From the IMG/VR virus record IMGVR_UViG_3300042893_000406, positions 1 to 27,235 of that record: a DNA stretch of 27,235 bases, one strand, 5' to 3'. The notes below the pieces were generated by a model that saw only the letters and a list, made by a program, of their open reading frames with translations, was not told where the DNA came from and did not search any database. Positions 25,195 through 27,235 of this stretch are shown one piece after another. A program made the position numbers and the translations under genes. Position 1 is the stretch's first letter, and each line of letters opens with the position of its first letter. Source of the stretch: a virus (lineage: Duplodnaviria > Caudoviricetes).

Positions 25195-26409
25195 TTAACC
25201 AGTTATACGAACAGCTAACTCTGGATAGATAGTTTTCCATCCGTATAGTACGTCAAAACGAACTGGGAACAAATCAGAATTAATGTCGTACTGACGAACC
25301 ATACGCATTGAAATACCATCAAAGTTATCACGCTCAGCCATATCAACACCACCTGGTAACAACAAATCAGCAGATGCTAAAGTAAACGCATCTTTATGAT
25401 AAGCCAAGTTTTGTGCATAAGGGCCAGCCGCAACAGCGCCAGACAATAGAACAATAGCCGCAGTTGAACCAGGAGTTCCGATACAAGTTGCAAACTGACC
25501 TGATGGAATATAAGCAGGATAGATTGGCAAAGTACCAGAAGTGGTTACAACAGTATCAGCAGTAACAACAAACTGCATTAAAGAGTTAGTTGATTGACGG
25601 CTTTGTGGGTTAATTGCAAATACACCAGCCACAGTAAATACAGTACCACGAGGCACAGTACCAGCAGTTGTAGTAACAGCCAAAGTAGTTGCGCCTGAAG
25701 CAGGAACAGCACTAATAGCAGTTAATGAACCAGCCGCCTGTGGAGTAAATGAAGCCACGTTGGCATCTTCAGCAAAGTTAAAACCTAAAACGCCATCACC
25801 TAATGCGCCATTGTTAAAGATTTTAGAGATTGTGCCAGATGGGTTAAACAGGTTAGTTAAACCAGAAACAATGTTAGCTGATGAATTAGGATCAACAGTA
25901 ATGTTTCTTGGTGAATAAGGAACACCGTTTTCAGTCATCTTTCTACGAGCTGCAAGAATAGTTTGTTGCACTTGAGCAGAAGTAACAGAACCACCGTTCA
26001 ACACGCCAGCAGTACCAGCAAAGTTGTTTACATCTCTAAACAACTGCAAACCATCATAGTCAACTTTGTTGGCTACAGTAGCCATTGCAGGCTTTAGGAA
26101 ACGATCAGCAAACTCGTCAATGCTTAAAGTCAAATCAGCAGAACTGAAAGAAATATCAACACCAAATTGAGTATCTAAAGTAATAGGTACATAAGTTTCA
26201 GTAGATGCTTCAACTTGTAGTGCTTGACCTAAACGACCAACGTAGCGTGGTGGTTTACGAGCATTGATAGTAGCACCGACTTTAGCGCCAGTTACACCAA
26301 ATTTTTCATCATACTCACGATTAACGCCACGAGTAAAAGTTAGTTCATTCTTCAGAATCCGTAAAGATTCTTTCATAATGACACTACTTGTTAGTAATGT
26401 ATTAGACAT
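25195..26409 (-). CDS. Major capsid protein, P22 gp5 coat family
   Basis: MSNTLLT...ESLRILKNEL...VNREYD...KVGATIN.RKP, terminal RFDVLYGW...PELAVR; GGAG RBS. Confidence 0.93.
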   Translation of the reverse strand: MSNTLLTSSVIMKESLRILKNELTFTRGVNREYDEKFGVTGAKVGATINARKPPRYVGRLGQALQVEASTETYVPITLDTQFGVDISFSSADLTLSIDEFADRFLKPAMATVANKVDYDGLQLFRDVNNFAGTAGVLNGGSVTSAQVQQTILAARRKMTENGVPYSPRNITVDPNSSANIVSGLTNLFNPSGTISKIFNNGALGDGVLGFNFAEDANVASFTPQAAGSLTAISAVPASGATTLAVTTTAGTVPRGTVFTVAGVFAINPQSRQSTNSLMQFVVTADTVVTTSGTLPIYPAYIPSGQFATCIGTPGSTAAIVLLSGAVAAGPYAQNLAYHKDAFTLASADLLLPGGVDMAERDNFDGISMRMVRQYDINSDLFPVRFDVLYGWKTIYPELAVRITG

Positions 26410-26449
26410 TGTGTATCTCCAAAAATGGAATTAATTTAATAGGGTTAGT

Positions 26450-27235
26450 TTATCTTTTGGCTTGTTGCTTATCTCTCAAAGCATTATATTCAGCCATACT
26501 TTTTGCCTGACTTAAGTCAGTGATAACGCTAGAATTCTTCGCACCGCTTAAAGCGGAGATGGGTTTGGGTGCAGATGATGCTTTCTTTACAGCAACATCC
26601 GTAGTTTGTTCGGTTAATAATGCTTCAATTCGCCCAATATATCTTGCGGCTTGTGAAGCAGTCATATCGCTAATCTTGTCCAATTCAACAGGATTTTTGC
26701 CCAAGTAATAAGCAATTTCCGTTGGGTTATCGGATTCTAACACAAGATTAGTAAAAGCAGATACTTTTGCTAATGGATGTGTCAAAAATTCTTCACTAGC
26801 CATGTCATAGTCAGAATATGTTTCTCTGGCTTTAGACTCTGCTTGTTGTAGTGATGCCCTGCGTTCTTGTATGGAGCTTTGTTCACGTTGTGCATCAAAA
26901 CGCTGTTGCACCTTAAAATCTGTTAATGCTTCTAGGTAATCAGGATCATAACGTCCAGCCGCAAACTCATCGGGGTCAGGTGCGCCATTAGCTAATGCTC
27001 TTGGTTGCTGTTGTTGTGTACCACTTCGCATTGAGTGTAATTCTTGCTCAAGCCTGTCGGCACGTTCGTTGGCACGTTGACGCTCTCTGCGTTCCTCGTA
27101 CTTTTCTCTTGTTATTTCATCAATGCGCTTTTGTACGCCTTTTGGCACTCGTTCTGGTTCTGCCTGCTCCTCAGTTTCTTCAACTTCATCTACAAGCGGA
27201 GCTTCAATTATATCTTCTACTATTTCTTCTGACAT
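26450..27235 (-). CDS. Scaffolding protein
   Basis: Acidic coiled coil with VQKRIDEITREK, IAYYLGKNP and SSAPKPI motifs, directly upstream of the coat gene; start lies at the window edge. Confidence 0.85.
   Translation of the reverse strand: MSEEIVEDIIEAPLVDEVEETEEQAEPERVPKGVQKRIDEITREKYEERRERQRANERADRLEQELHSMRSGTQQQQPRALANGAPDPDEFAAGRYDPDYLEALTDFKVQQRFDAQREQSSIQERRASLQQAESKARETYSDYDMASEEFLTHPLAKVSAFTNLVLESDNPTEIAYYLGKNPVELDKISDMTASQAARYIGRIEALLTEQTTDVAVKKASSAPKPISALSGAKNSSVITDLSQAKSMAEYNALRDKQQAKR

Larger units (their letters stand above)
1..27235. mobile_element. Segment of a P22-like tailed phage/prophage genome (early arm on +, late arm on -)
   Basis: Coat, scaffold, gp4/gp10-like, ejection, fibre, lysozyme, helicase and nuclease genes in two convergent, tightly packed arms; no host genes or attachment site visible. 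Confidence 0.95.

Noticed and set aside
5826-27232. Most + strand ORFs in the late arm (e.g. 5826, 6289, 6539, 8832, 10184, 10478, 18842, 19187, 22574, 26520, 27044)
   Set aside because: Antisense shadows of well-supported - strand genes, with no RBS, motif or coupled ends
1-27235. tRNA, rRNA, integrase or att site
   Set aside because: None recognisable; intergenic gaps are too short, so lifestyle (temperate versus lytic) cannot be determined from this window

Overview
This AT-rich window is a segment of a tailed dsDNA phage or prophage with P22-like (podovirus) morphogenesis genes. The + strand (1-5718) carries a replication/early arm: the end of a probable SSB, a Cas4-like PD-(D/E)xK nuclease, a RadD-like SF2 helicase, a VRR-NUC nuclease and small DNA-binding/hypothetical genes. 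The - strand (27235->5675) carries a late arm: scaffold, P22 gp5-like coat, gp4-like adaptor, a large adhesin/fibre block, gp10-like tail hub, ejection proteins, tail fibre plus chaperone, and a lysis module. The most striking structure is at 20162-23152. A fibre/adhesin gene is cut inside a conserved WGAQxE|xSFATSYIPT motif by a 696-nt insert that encodes a zinc-finger HNH endonuclease on the opposite strand and has no room for an intron core. The insert supplies the stop for the N-half and an RBS/ATG for the C-half. Its late-sense strand is a stop-free 234-codon 'bridge' ORF overlapping both the N-half stop and the C-half start, which suggests a selfish element that keeps the split host gene translationally coupled. 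Other leads: a possible injected effector with a convergent leaderless partner gene, a hidden overlapping lipoprotein in the lysis cassette, CsrA/RsmA-type GGA hairpins, and an SSB-tail mimic next to the helicase. All product calls come from motif recognition and gene order only; no searches were run.
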